DNA from: Bacillota bacterium
GTDB lineage: Bacteria; Bacillota; Limnochordia; DTU087
Reading direction: 5' to 3'
Assembly: GCA_012735435.1 (NCBI GenBank)
Contig: JAAYHH010000014.1
Span: 1 to 53,496, forward strand
Length of the DNA stretch: 53,496 nt
Shown: positions 26,963 through 35,861 of the stretch, piece after piece
Layout of the letters: every line of letters starts with the position of its first letter
Position numbering within the stretch: position 1 is the stretch's first letter
The notes under the pieces: model-generated
Databases searched by the model: none
What the model saw: the letters and a program-made list of their open reading frames with translations, nothing else
What the model was told of the DNA's origin: nothing
Made by a program: the position numbers and the translations under genes

Positions 26963-27709
26963 ATGAAAAAAACACTACCTTTGCTGACTAACTTCCAACT
27001 GAAATGCATTGCCGCGCTGCTCATGGTCTTGGACCACTTACGGGCATTCTTTCCTGTACTGCCCCTCTGGTTTCGCTATCTAGGGAGGCTATCTGCACCC
27101 ATTTTCTTTTTTCTGACAGTTGAGGGATTCTTCCATACTAAAAATCGGGGGAGGTACGCCGCCCGGCTCTTGGCTGGGGGCGTCGTTATGGCGGCGGGTT
27201 CCGGCATTATCACACATTTCTTCCCCAGCGATATAGGGCTGTATAACAACATATTCTTCTCCCTGGGACTGGGAGTTGCACTGATGTCTGCCTGGCAGCA
27301 GCTCCAGGAAACTGGGGATGAGCAGCTGTTCAAGCCTGTCATCTTTCTCATCCTGATTGCCATGCTCTTCACAGAAGCCAATATATATGGAATCATGATG
27401 GTCTTAGTTTTTTACCGCTTCCGGGAGAGAAAGGACCTTTTGACTCTTTTCTACGTCGTGGGAACACTGCTTCCCAGTCTTGTCAGTCCTCTGAGCTTTA
27501 GGCAGCCTCTAAGCATTAGCTACAACCTGAGTATCCAGCAATTTTTCGTAATTGACTATCAGTGGATGATGGTTTTTGCCCTGCCTTTCTTCTTCCTATA
27601 CAACGGTGAGCTGGGGAGTAGAAGACCAGCAGCCAAGTGGTTCTTCTACATCTTCTACCCAGCTCACCTTTGGATCCTGTACCTAACCAGATATTGGATT
27701 TTTGCCTAG
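26963..27709 (+). CDS. TraX-family membrane protein
   Basis: LTNFQLKCIAALLMVLDHL N-terminus; multi-TM; GGAGGGAG SD. Confidence 0.7.
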   Translation: MKKTLPLLTNFQLKCIAALLMVLDHLRAFFPVLPLWFRYLGRLSAPIFFFLTVEGFFHTKNRGRYAARLLAGGVVMAAGSGIITHFFPSDIGLYNNIFFSLGLGVALMSAWQQLQETGDEQLFKPVIFLILIAMLFTEANIYGIMMVLVFYRFRERKDLLTLFYVVGTLLPSLVSPLSFRQPLSISYNLSIQQFFVIDYQWMMVFALPFFFLYNGELGSRRPAAKWFFYIFYPAHLWILYLTRYWIFA

Positions 27710-28674
27710 TATCCCGCCTGCAGATCAACGATATTTTTCATTTCATCTTTGCGGCCGTCCAGCCAGAGTTTCAAGTTGTGACAAAAAATCTCCGTTATCC
27801 TGCGATTAGCCTCCGGTGTCACGCCCCCAGAGTGGGGAGTAATGATCACATTGGGCATCTCCCACAAGGGACTGGTTGGAGGCAGCGGTTCTTCTTCGAA
27901 CACATCTAGACCGGCCCCTGCCAAGTGCCCCGCTTTGAGGGCATCGATCAAGGCCTGTTCATCTACAATTGGCCCCCGCCCTATATTGATGAGAACGGCA
28001 TGGGGCTGCATTAAGCTTAGCTCCTGTGCGCCGATGAGTTTCTTAGTCTCACGAGTCAGCGGCAGGGCAATCACCACATAATCGCTGGCTGCCAAAAGCT
28101 CCCGAAGTCCACTGGGGCCGGAGACTAAATGATCTACACAGGAAGGCTTGTCCGTCATCCGCCGTTTATATCCCCAAACCTCCATACCGAAGGCTTTAGC
28201 TCTCAGGGCAATTTGCGTGCCTATATCCCCAAGGCCCAGGATCCCAATCTTCTTGCCGAAAAGCTCATGGGAATCCGGCAGTTTCTCCCACCGCTTTTCC
28301 TGCTGAAACGGAAGATACCGATAGATGGTGCGACTGAAGGTCAACATCAGGGCAAAGGCGTGCTCCGCCATTGGGATTCCATACACACCGCTGGAGTTTG
28401 TCAGAATCACGTTAGAATGTGCATAGAGCTCTGGATCTGTGTAACCGTCGGCTCCAGCGCTGGGCAGATGGATCCAGCTCAGCCCCCGCGCTTCCTTCAG
28501 GAATCGGCGGGGCGGCCAACCGAAAAAGATGTCTGCCCATGCCGTGTCTGCTGCGGCAACTGCTTCTCGTTCCTTAACCCGCACGTCCGCATTAGGCGCG
28601 GTCTCCTTTACCTGGTCCAGCAGCCTGTCATCCAGCCCGTGAGCAATCAATATGTTCGGCCGTCCCTGACTCAT
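27706..28674 (-). CDS. D-isomer-specific 2-hydroxyacid dehydrogenase (NAD-binding)
   Basis: Start refined to ATG 28674, which follows AGGAGGAA. GILGLGDIG Rossmann motif and a GAGLDVFE..EPLP...PNVIITPH catalytic region. Confidence 0.9.
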   Translation of the reverse strand: MSQGRPNILIAHGLDDRLLDQVKETAPNADVRVKEREAVAAADTAWADIFFGWPPRRFLKEARGLSWIHLPSAGADGYTDPELYAHSNVILTNSSGVYGIPMAEHAFALMLTFSRTIYRYLPFQQEKRWEKLPDSHELFGKKIGILGLGDIGTQIALRAKAFGMEVWGYKRRMTDKPSCVDHLVSGPSGLRELLAASDYVVIALPLTRETKKLIGAQELSLMQPHAVLINIGRGPIVDEQALIDALKAGHLAGAGLDVFEEEPLPPTSPLWEMPNVIITPHSGGVTPEANRRITEIFCHNLKLWLDGRKDEMKNIVDLQAGY

Positions 28675-28769
28675 GTTGGCTTCCTCCTTGCGAAGTCTGT
28701 TCTCCCCGGTCCCAACATTAAGCCACAATACCCCTTGAGGGCGCACCTTCAGGCTGCCTCAGGTCCAGC

Positions 28770-29360
28770 CTACCCTTGCGGCAGAGGCTCCAACATTTGG
28801 CTCAAGACCTCATGGAGAGCCTTGCTGATCATCTCATAGCGTTCCTTCCGCTCTGTCAGGTGGGAAGGAAGGGTTAGGGGCTGGCCAACCTTAACGGTAA
28901 TCCGGCGCTTCATTCGCTGTATAGCAACTGGTACGATATGGGCGTTGGCTTTGCTGGCCAGCATGGCTGCACCTGGCTTTAGAGGCAGTAATTTCTCACC
29001 GTTGTCACTCTTATTTCGGGTGCCCTCCACAAAAATCCCCAGCACGGACCCCTCCCGCAAAACCGACAGCGCCTGCCGGATCGCATTCCGGTCGTTGTCG
29101 CCCCGGCGTACGGGAAAAGCTTTAAGATGGGGCAAGATACGCCCGAATATAGGTATCCGAAAAAGCTCTTCCTTAGCCATAAAATGTACCGGACGACGGC
29201 TTGCCAGGACTACGAAAATGGGGTCCCACAAGCTCTTGTGGTTGGCTGCTAACACCACTGCCCCTTCCTCGGGGATATGCAGCTTGCCTTCAATGTGAAT
29301 GCGAAAGATCAAGGGGACAAGCAATCTAAGGGCCGCTACCACTAAAACATACAGCATCAT
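28770..29360 (-). CDS. plsC: 1-acyl-sn-glycerol-3-phosphate acyltransferase
   Basis: NHKSLWDP (HX4D) and FVEGTR motifs. The ORF track's TTG start at 29477 lies inside pncB. ATG 29360 or 29357 gives a PlsC-like length of about 196 aa. Confidence 0.8.
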   Translation of the reverse strand: MMLYVLVVAALRLLVPLIFRIHIEGKLHIPEEGAVVLAANHKSLWDPIFVVLASRRPVHFMAKEELFRIPIFGRILPHLKAFPVRRGDNDRNAIRQALSVLREGSVLGIFVEGTRNKSDNGEKLLPLKPGAAMLASKANAHIVPVAIQRMKRRITVKVGQPLTLPSHLTERKERYEMISKALHEVLSQMLEPLPQG

Positions 29361-29460
29361 TTCACCCCATAACGTCTTCGGTCTAGCTGCTTCATAGCTT
29401 TGAGTATCGGGCCGAACGCTGTCTCCCTCATCTACTCTGTTCTCCACAGACCTACTGCTC

Positions 29461-30918
29461 TTAGTGATTGTTTTCAAAGTAAGATGCTCTCAATTCTCTA
29501 ATCATGTCGTGCTTGAGATTCCAGAGCTTCTCACTTAAGTCAACGATGTATTTTTCCGGATTGATCAAGCGCTTGTACTCCGGCCAGAAATGCTCAAGCT
29601 GCTTGGCGGCATAAGTCTGAATCTCCTGCACCGATGGGCATTGGTACACTTGCTCACCGTTCCGGAAGATAGGCACCAACAGACGTTCTGCGTCATAATT
29701 CCGCAGGGTCTTCCGCTTCCAGGTATCTACCGGGTCAAATATGGTAAGAGGTCCATGGGGAGGAATTTCCTCATCGGCGAGAATTATCAAATCTGCTAAA
29801 GCTTTGCCGGTCTCCCTGCTGTAGAAGCGGACTACATCCTTAATCCCCGGATTGGTGGTCTTTTCGGCGTTATCACTGACCTTGATCTTGGGAACCATCT
29901 TGCCGTTTTCCTCTAGGGCGACCAATTTGTAGACACCGCCCAGAGCGGGGTTGTCATCACCGGTAATCAGTTTGGTCCCTACTCCCCAGCTATCGATTTT
30001 GGCTCCTTGAATCTTAAGATCCCGAATTAGATTTTCATCCAAATCTCCGGAACCTACGATGATAGCATGTTCCAGCCCCGCCTCATCTAGCATTTCCCTA
30101 GCCACTTTAGACAAATATGCCAGGTCACCGCTATCTATACGTATTCCCAAGAATTTATGGCCTTTTGCTTCCAGTTCCTTAGCAACTGTAATTGCGTTGG
30201 GAAGCCCGCTTCTAATGGTATCGTAGGTATCTACCAGCAGCAGGCAGGCATCGGGATACGCCTCAGCATAGGCTCTAAAAGCAGTCAGCTCATCGGGGAA
30301 GCTCATAACCCAAGAATGGGCTTGGGTACCCGCGACAGGAATGCCGTACAGCTGGCCTGCCAGTACGTTGCTGGTGGCGCCGCAGCCGCCGATAAAAGCC
30401 GCCCGGCTCCCATAGAGACCGGCACCAAGCCCCTGGGCCCGCCGCAGGCCAAACTCCATGACCCCGGTATCTTCAGCTGCACTCACAACCCGTGAAGCCT
30501 TGGTTGCAATCAGAGTTTGATGATTTATAATGTTGGCCAAGCTGGTTTCGATGAGCTGGGCCTGGGCTATCGGGGCTGTAATCCGCATAATGGGCTCATT
30601 GGGGAAAATGGGGGTTCCCTCTACCACCGCATCTACATCCCCGGTAAATCGAAGTTTCCCCAAGTAGTCGAGGAAATCTTCGGAAAACAGCCCTAGACTC
30701 CGCAAATAATCCAGATCATCCTTAGCGAAATGAAGTTCATTCAAGTATTCGATGGCCTGCTCAAGGCCGGCGGCTATAGCATATCCGTTGCCCCAAGGCA
30801 AGCGGCGGAAGAACAGATCGAACACAGCTTTGCGATGAGCCGTACCTGACTTGTAATATCCATAGACCATCGTCAGCTGGTACAGGTCTGTTGCCATAGT
30901 CAAGTTATGTTTATTCAT
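29461..30918 (-). CDS. pncB: nicotinate phosphoribosyltransferase
   Basis: 485 aa; N-terminus TDLYQLTM..GY is typical of PncB, with conserved GTQAHS and IRIDSGDL motifs. Confidence 0.93.
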   Translation of the reverse strand: MNKHNLTMATDLYQLTMVYGYYKSGTAHRKAVFDLFFRRLPWGNGYAIAAGLEQAIEYLNELHFAKDDLDYLRSLGLFSEDFLDYLGKLRFTGDVDAVVEGTPIFPNEPIMRITAPIAQAQLIETSLANIINHQTLIATKASRVVSAAEDTGVMEFGLRRAQGLGAGLYGSRAAFIGGCGATSNVLAGQLYGIPVAGTQAHSWVMSFPDELTAFRAYAEAYPDACLLLVDTYDTIRSGLPNAITVAKELEAKGHKFLGIRIDSGDLAYLSKVAREMLDEAGLEHAIIVGSGDLDENLIRDLKIQGAKIDSWGVGTKLITGDDNPALGGVYKLVALEENGKMVPKIKVSDNAEKTTNPGIKDVVRFYSRETGKALADLIILADEEIPPHGPLTIFDPVDTWKRKTLRNYDAERLLVPIFRNGEQVYQCPSVQEIQTYAAKQLEHFWPEYKRLINPEKYIVDLSEKLWNLKHDMIRELRASYFENNH

Positions 30919-30947
30919 TGTTGTACCCCCCAGCTATATGTAACCCC

Positions 30948-30971
30948 GATGCGCCCGGCTGATGCGCCCGG
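30948..30971 (-). repeat. tandem 11-nt direct repeat in the pncB leader
   Basis: gatgcgcccgg at 30948-30958 and 30961-30971 (minus strand CCGGGCGCATC x2, 2-nt spacer), between the predicted promoter and the SD. Confidence 0.6.
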
Positions 30972-30983
30972 TTCAACATAGAC

Positions 30984-31012
30984 ATTATAGCAGAAGTATG
31001 CTGAAATGTCGT
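30984..31012 (-). promoter_or_regulatory. pncB promoter with extended -10
   Basis: Minus strand: ACGACA, 17-nt spacer, TGcTATAAT (TATAAT at 30984-30989). Confidence 0.55.
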
Positions 31013-31020
31013 TAAATGTA

Positions 31021-31050
31021 GGAGCCCATCCTGGGGTCCGGATGGGTTCC
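31021..31050 (-). terminator. hairpin after the COG0523 gene
   Basis: ggagcccatcc pairs with ggatgggttcc (one G-U pair) across a 7-8 nt loop. Confidence 0.45.
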
Positions 31051-31113
31051 TCGACAATCATCGGTTATGCTGTCAGAGCAGCTTCCATCGTAGGACAGCA
31101 CTCTGCTCTTAAC

Positions 31114-32010
31114 TTACATATCGATCTGTTCCCGCCTAAGATTAAGCCCAATAACCACCAACTGACCCACCGGCCCCACGTCTCTTACGGCACTGGCAAC
31201 CTCCGTCTTCCCCATAGTATACTGAAATAGATGGGGCCTGCCGCCAATATCAACAAAACCTTTAGCCCGCAGGACATTGGAGGGCAGGGCAGCGGCGATT
31301 GTATCGCAGGCCTCTGTGGTATCGGCAAAGGGGCCTGCCGGGACTGTAATAGACACCATGGGATCCCGGGCCGGCACCCGTTCCCCCCAGTATCTGTGCT
31401 TTTCAGCTTCTGCTGGCAGAGACAAGATCATATCCCACTCAGCCGGGTTCAACCGCCCGTAGGGAGCGGCAAGCTGCACTGCATCGGCGTTTAGTTCTGT
31501 TAGGATCTCCCGGAGCCTCATCAATTGAGCTTCCTCGACCAAGTCTGTCTTGGTGATCACGAAAACATCCGCCGCCTGAGCCTGGGCTCTAGCAGCTCTC
31601 ATAGTCTGAATCACCTTGGGGAAATTGACGGCATCCACCATAGTTATGGTTCCAAACAGCCGGTACGCTCCCTCAAGCTCCGGATAAGCCAAGAAATCCC
31701 CCATTTCAAAGGGATCAGCAACGCCAGTTGCTTCGATAACAACCATCTCTGGCTTGTGAGTTTCGGCAAGTTCTTCCATGGCAGCTAGAAAGTTGTCCCT
31801 GATGCACACACAGAAGATCGAGCCGTTTTGCAGCTCCACCAGATTGGTTGGGTGGTCACCTACTAGTCTACCGTCGATACCCACACTGCCGAACTCGTTC
31901 ATCACTACTGCTGTCCGCTGGTATTTGCGGGCCAACACAGGCAGCATCTCATTGAGAAAGGTAGTCTTGCCGCTGCCGAGAAAGCCGGTCAGCAAAATGA
32001 CTTCAATCAA
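31114..32010 (-). CDS. G3E-family P-loop GTPase, COG0523/CobW-like
   Basis: GFLGSGKTTF Walker A, VVIEATGVADP, ITKTDL, and a CobW_C-like end RAKGFVDIGG. The metal motif reads FCVCI instead of GCxCC. The TTG start overlaps the upstream stop. Confidence 0.85.
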   Translation of the reverse strand: MIEVILLTGFLGSGKTTFLNEMLPVLARKYQRTAVVMNEFGSVGIDGRLVGDHPTNLVELQNGSIFCVCIRDNFLAAMEELAETHKPEMVVIEATGVADPFEMGDFLAYPELEGAYRLFGTITMVDAVNFPKVIQTMRAARAQAQAADVFVITKTDLVEEAQLMRLREILTELNADAVQLAAPYGRLNPAEWDMILSLPAEAEKHRYWGERVPARDPMVSITVPAGPFADTTEACDTIAAALPSNVLRAKGFVDIGGRPHLFQYTMGKTEVASAVRDVGPVGQLVVIGLNLRREQIDM

Positions 32011-33371
32011 GATTTCAACACCTTCTCAATTTCCTGCTTGTAGGTGGCAAGATCAGGGATATACGAGACAAAGGTCGGTTTGCCGTTGATCACGATGGTG
32101 GGAATATTGGTGACACCCAAGCGCTGCATCCGCACCACATTTTCCTTCTCCGTAATCTTATATTCAACCCAGTCAACCTTGCCTTCAAAGAACTTAGCTA
32201 CTTCCCTGGTGGCGTCAACCATGTACTTGCACGGCGGGCAAGTGGCTGAATCTAAAGTAAGCACTTCGATTAACACTCCAGACAAGCTATCGTAATCCGG
32301 AATTTCCACCTCGATTTCTGCTATATCGCTGTCCTTCTTGTTGTTTTGCACAAACACCCTGGCTTTATCAGGGTCAAAGACTGCTAGGCTCACGGCACTG
32401 ACGTTTTCCGGCGGAACATTGTAGGGCATATCACAGCCAGGCGACAAGATAAAGCCGGAGCCGCTGTGGGCATCGATCAGTTCCAGGGCTGACTGCATAT
32501 TATCGGCTGGACTTCCCAGCAGCATCACCGTAGTCAGCGGGATATTGCCGCCGTAGGATACCTGATACCTATCGGCAATCTCTTTGGCATAGCCCAAATC
32601 TACATTTTCATCTACCGAAATTCCATCGGGCTTGCACTGTGCCATAACTTCCAGCACCGGTGTTGCATTGCCGCAGACAAAAAACGATGAATAGGCGCCT
32701 TTCTCCCTTATGAAATCGAAGATATGAACGGCAGCCTCACTTACAAACTCTTGGAAATGGTCAGCAGATATTTGGGATATCATAGGATCTACAACGGCAA
32801 TGACATCCATGCCTGCATCAATATAGTAATCAGCTACCTGTTCTGTTACCCGACAGCAAAAATCCATCAGTTCTTTTACGGCTTCCGGTTGATCGAACAT
32901 ATCCAGGAAAAGATTAGTGCCCCTAAGGTGCAGCGCCAAAGTGAAAGGACCCACTACCAGCCCGTACAGTGCAGTATTATGGCCAATCTTTTCCTTAAGC
33001 TCCCGCATAGCCTTTAGGATAATGGGAAGCCTTCCGTCCTCCGGCCGCGGTAAAGACAGATCCTTTAGTTTCTCATAACCGTCGGCTAGAGGATGGGTTG
33101 CTACAGCCGGAGGCGCATCCTTGGCCCACTTTAGTTCACAACCGAGAATTTCAGCCTCCACCTGTAAGTCAAAGATCACCGGCTGTCCATCCGGTTGATA
33201 CCGCTGGTTAGCCTCTATGCCGCAGGCCACCAACAGCTCAGCACTCTTCAGCAGTTGTTTTGCGTCTACTCCTTTAAGGCTGCCGATGTGCACGCCAGTG
33301 AAAGGTACCCAAGGCACCCGGGGCGTTGCCTGCCGCTGGAGTGCCGCCAATACTAGCTCTCTACCTGTCAT
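32007..33371 (-). CDS. uroporphyrinogen-decarboxylase/MtaA-family protein fused to a C-terminal thioredoxin-fold CPPC module
   Basis: Start refined to ATG 33371, which follows GAGGGGGG. URO-D-like strings ATPRVPWVPF and ILSPGCDMPYNVPPENV. The C-terminal ~85 aa (LDSATCPPCKYM...GVTNIPTIVINGK) resembles small redox-active disulfide Trx-fold proteins. Confidence 0.8.
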   Translation of the reverse strand: MTGRELVLAALQRQATPRVPWVPFTGVHIGSLKGVDAKQLLKSAELLVACGIEANQRYQPDGQPVIFDLQVEAEILGCELKWAKDAPPAVATHPLADGYEKLKDLSLPRPEDGRLPIILKAMRELKEKIGHNTALYGLVVGPFTLALHLRGTNLFLDMFDQPEAVKELMDFCCRVTEQVADYYIDAGMDVIAVVDPMISQISADHFQEFVSEAAVHIFDFIREKGAYSSFFVCGNATPVLEVMAQCKPDGISVDENVDLGYAKEIADRYQVSYGGNIPLTTVMLLGSPADNMQSALELIDAHSGSGFILSPGCDMPYNVPPENVSAVSLAVFDPDKARVFVQNNKKDSDIAEIEVEIPDYDSLSGVLIEVLTLDSATCPPCKYMVDATREVAKFFEGKVDWVEYKITEKENVVRMQRLGVTNIPTIVINGKPTFVSYIPDLATYKQEIEKVLKS

Positions 33372-33430
33372 CAAATATCCCCCCCTCGGGAAGATAGTTC
33401 TTACTATCGTTAGCACTATAATTATTCAAG

Positions 33431-33460
33431 TTAAAAGCAAGGGCCTTGGGAGTTCCTTGC
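33431..33460 (-). terminator. weak terminator after the nitroreductase gene
   Basis: Minus strand: GCAAGG, 12-nt loop, CCTTGC, then TTTTAA. Confidence 0.4.
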
Positions 33461-33481
33461 ACTGTTTCGGTGCGTTCTTGC

Positions 33482-34012
33482 TTAATCCATTACCTTCACT
33501 ACTTCGGTGAGGGACCTCCGGGCAGGGGCCTTAGGCGGTTCGGCTAGATTGCTGTAACCTACGGGAACCATGACTACCGGTCTAAAGCCGCTGGATATAT
33601 CCAACACCTTGCAAACAGCTTCTTCGTCAAAGGCGCCGACCCAGCAGGTGGCAAGACCCAAGCCCGCTGCCATCAGCATCAAATTTTGAGCGGCTGCCGC
33701 CGTATCCTGAAGGCAGTACAGCTCAGCCCCTCGCTCTCCGTAGCGGGCGGCGCTTCTGGCCGGCTCAGCGCAGATTACAATCACCACCGGTGCCTCGGCC
33801 AAGAACTGTTGGCCGAAGGCAGCCTCGGCAAGGTTTCGGCGAAGGTCCTGATTTTTTACCACGTAGAAAAACCACGGCTGCCGGTTGCCGGCACTGGGAG
33901 CCAGGCAAGCTGCCTCCAATAGCCGAGACAGAGTCGCGTCGGGTATTTCATCGGATGTAAAACGCCGTATACTCCGCCGTTCCCGAATGGCATCAGCTAC
34001 ATCTTTAGTCAT
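33482..34012 (-). CDS. nitroreductase-family protein
   Basis: RRSIRRF...APSAGNRQPW motifs; 176 aa. The AGGAGG SD overlaps the stop codon of the kinase gene. Confidence 0.9.
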   Translation of the reverse strand: MTKDVADAIRERRSIRRFTSDEIPDATLSRLLEAACLAPSAGNRQPWFFYVVKNQDLRRNLAEAAFGQQFLAEAPVVIVICAEPARSAARYGERGAELYCLQDTAAAAQNLMLMAAGLGLATCWVGAFDEEAVCKVLDISSGFRPVVMVPVGYSNLAEPPKAPARRSLTEVVKVMD

Positions 34013-34023
34013 CTTTCAGCCTC

Positions 34024-35622
34024 CTAATCCCATGGATAATCATCTGTATTTTGCCACAAAGCAAAAGCAGTTGATTCCGTCTTGGCAGACAGGAGCCTTC
34101 CCCGCTTATTGGGGAGTCTAATGAAGAACGTGGTACCTTGTCCAGGAATGGTTTCAAACCAGAGCTCCCCTCGATGGAGTTCGCAAATGATCTGGTAGGT
34201 GATCATCAACCCTAGTCCTGTTCCCCTTGGTTTAGTTGTAACCATTTCCTGAAAAACGCGGCCCCGGATCTCCTCGGGTATCCCTGAGCCGGTGTCCGAA
34301 ATCTCTATGCGAACGCAGTGCAGGTCATCTTCGTAGACCAGTCTGATGGCAAACTCTCCCCCATTGGGCATTGCATCTACAGCATTGGTTACTAAGTTGG
34401 TCAAAGCCCTGTGCAGCAATTTGGCATTGCCTTGAATCGGCGGGATTGTTAGTTCCGCATATACCTTGCTTTCGATTCCAAGCCGCTCCAGTTCCACATC
34501 CCATAGAGATATTAACTCGTCGACCATTTCTTCCACATTGACAGAATCCCACATCTCCGGCCGGTCCCAACCTACTTCGAGGGTAATAGCAATCAGCTCA
34601 CTGAGCCGATCAACCTCGGCTTCAATGCGCTCAGTCACCCGCTGACGCTCCTCTCTGTCATCCAGGATGGCTGACAGCTGAGCTGAAGCCCGAATTGCCG
34701 CGAGGGGATTTTTCAGCTCATGGGCAAGGTGCCCCACCAATCGTCCTAAGGTGCGCAGCCCGCGAGTTCTCCGGAGCTGCTCTTGAGCCCTGTCTAAGCT
34801 GTAGTGCGGACGTTTGCCAAAAGGTATGGCCACACTGTGATATATGTACCACAAAACCAGCAGCCTGTACACATGGCTGACTAAACAGCTAAACTGCCAG
34901 CGACAGGTCAAAAAGAAAAAGCTTGCCTGGCTCAAAGCCCACATCACTGCTAAGATTACCATTTTCCTATGTACATCTTTATAGCTCTTGGAGTATATTT
35001 CAGCATAACGGAGCGCCAAGAGTAATGAAAAGCAGCAGCTTGCCAAGCCCACGTATACCCCAGCCTTTCGAACCGGCTCCTCGCCAATGAAGAATCTTGG
35101 AAGATTTTGTTCGTAGAAAAGAACAGCAATTGTGCAGATCCCGGTGAAAAGCAAACTAGTTCCTAGGGAAAGCCGCTGCATTGAGCTGCTTATTCTGCGA
35201 ACTGGCAGGAGGGAGATTATCAACATCAGGAGCGGAAGAAGTACAGAAGATAGGGCGGAAAACAGTGTAGCCTTATTGAAACTGTTGGGAGTAATTAGCG
35301 GCGGCATCATGGGCAGAGAAAGCAGATGAAACATGTTCAGCAGTCCCATCGACAAGGAGGCAGCACTTAAGGCTAGACCCCTTAGTGTTTGCCTTCTTAC
35401 TCCTACATTCCATCCTACGTAGAACAGCAAGAATGCGATGTGGATGCCGAACATTTTTACCAGAAGATGAAGTGAGGCTCCATAGCTAGTGGGCCATAGC
35501 ATGTCTATTTTTGTTATTTTAATTACCACTAGACCTAAACCGGCAGCCAACACCGGCCGTAAATCCTTCGGTACTAGTACAGCCGCTTTTTCCTTTACCA
35601 CTGGTGACAAACAGCCCAGCAT
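34024..35622 (-). CDS. membrane sensor histidine kinase (multi-TM sensor, HisKA, HATPase_c)
   Basis: H-box HELKNPLAAI, N-box LVTNAVDAMP, G-boxes DTGSGIP and GTGLGL, and about 7 or more N-terminal TM helices. GAGGAGG SD. No response-regulator gene lies adjacent. Confidence 0.9.
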   Translation of the reverse strand: MLGCLSPVVKEKAAVLVPKDLRPVLAAGLGLVVIKITKIDMLWPTSYGASLHLLVKMFGIHIAFLLFYVGWNVGVRRQTLRGLALSAASLSMGLLNMFHLLSLPMMPPLITPNSFNKATLFSALSSVLLPLLMLIISLLPVRRISSSMQRLSLGTSLLFTGICTIAVLFYEQNLPRFFIGEEPVRKAGVYVGLASCCFSLLLALRYAEIYSKSYKDVHRKMVILAVMWALSQASFFFLTCRWQFSCLVSHVYRLLVLWYIYHSVAIPFGKRPHYSLDRAQEQLRRTRGLRTLGRLVGHLAHELKNPLAAIRASAQLSAILDDREERQRVTERIEAEVDRLSELIAITLEVGWDRPEMWDSVNVEEMVDELISLWDVELERLGIESKVYAELTIPPIQGNAKLLHRALTNLVTNAVDAMPNGGEFAIRLVYEDDLHCVRIEISDTGSGIPEEIRGRVFQEMVTTKPRGTGLGLMITYQIICELHRGELWFETIPGQGTTFFIRLPNKRGRLLSAKTESTAFALWQNTDDYPWD

Positions 35623-35809
35623 AACTGACCTCCTCGACTCACTGAACGAAACCTCTGTTGATTACCACGCCCTTCGCGTCCGCTATAAATATCCAACTTG
35701 GTCACAATAGTTCTTGTCTTTTCTAATACATTACCGTAAAACTCAGAAGTTCCTTCTGACATAATTACAAAACGTGATGATGAATACGTGCCGCTCTCTT
35801 TTGTCTGAT

Positions 35810-35838
35810 CTAAAAAAGACGGCATATGATGCCGCCTT
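35810..35838 (-). terminator. rho-independent terminator after the AKR gene
   Basis: Minus strand: AAGGCGGCAT-loop-ATGCCGTCTT followed by TTTTTA. Confidence 0.7.
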
Positions 35839-35861
35839 GTAGAAGGCTTCAGCCCCTTGGA

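Noticed and set aside
28129-28839. 236-aa plus-strand ORF
   Set aside because: It is antisense to the strongly supported 2-hydroxyacid dehydrogenase and overlaps the end of plsC. No recognisable motifs are present. Shadow ORF.
35595-35825. 76-aa ORF spanning the AKR terminator and the kinase start
   Set aside because: It starts inside a terminator hairpin, has no SD, and overlaps the well-supported SD and ATG of the histidine kinase.
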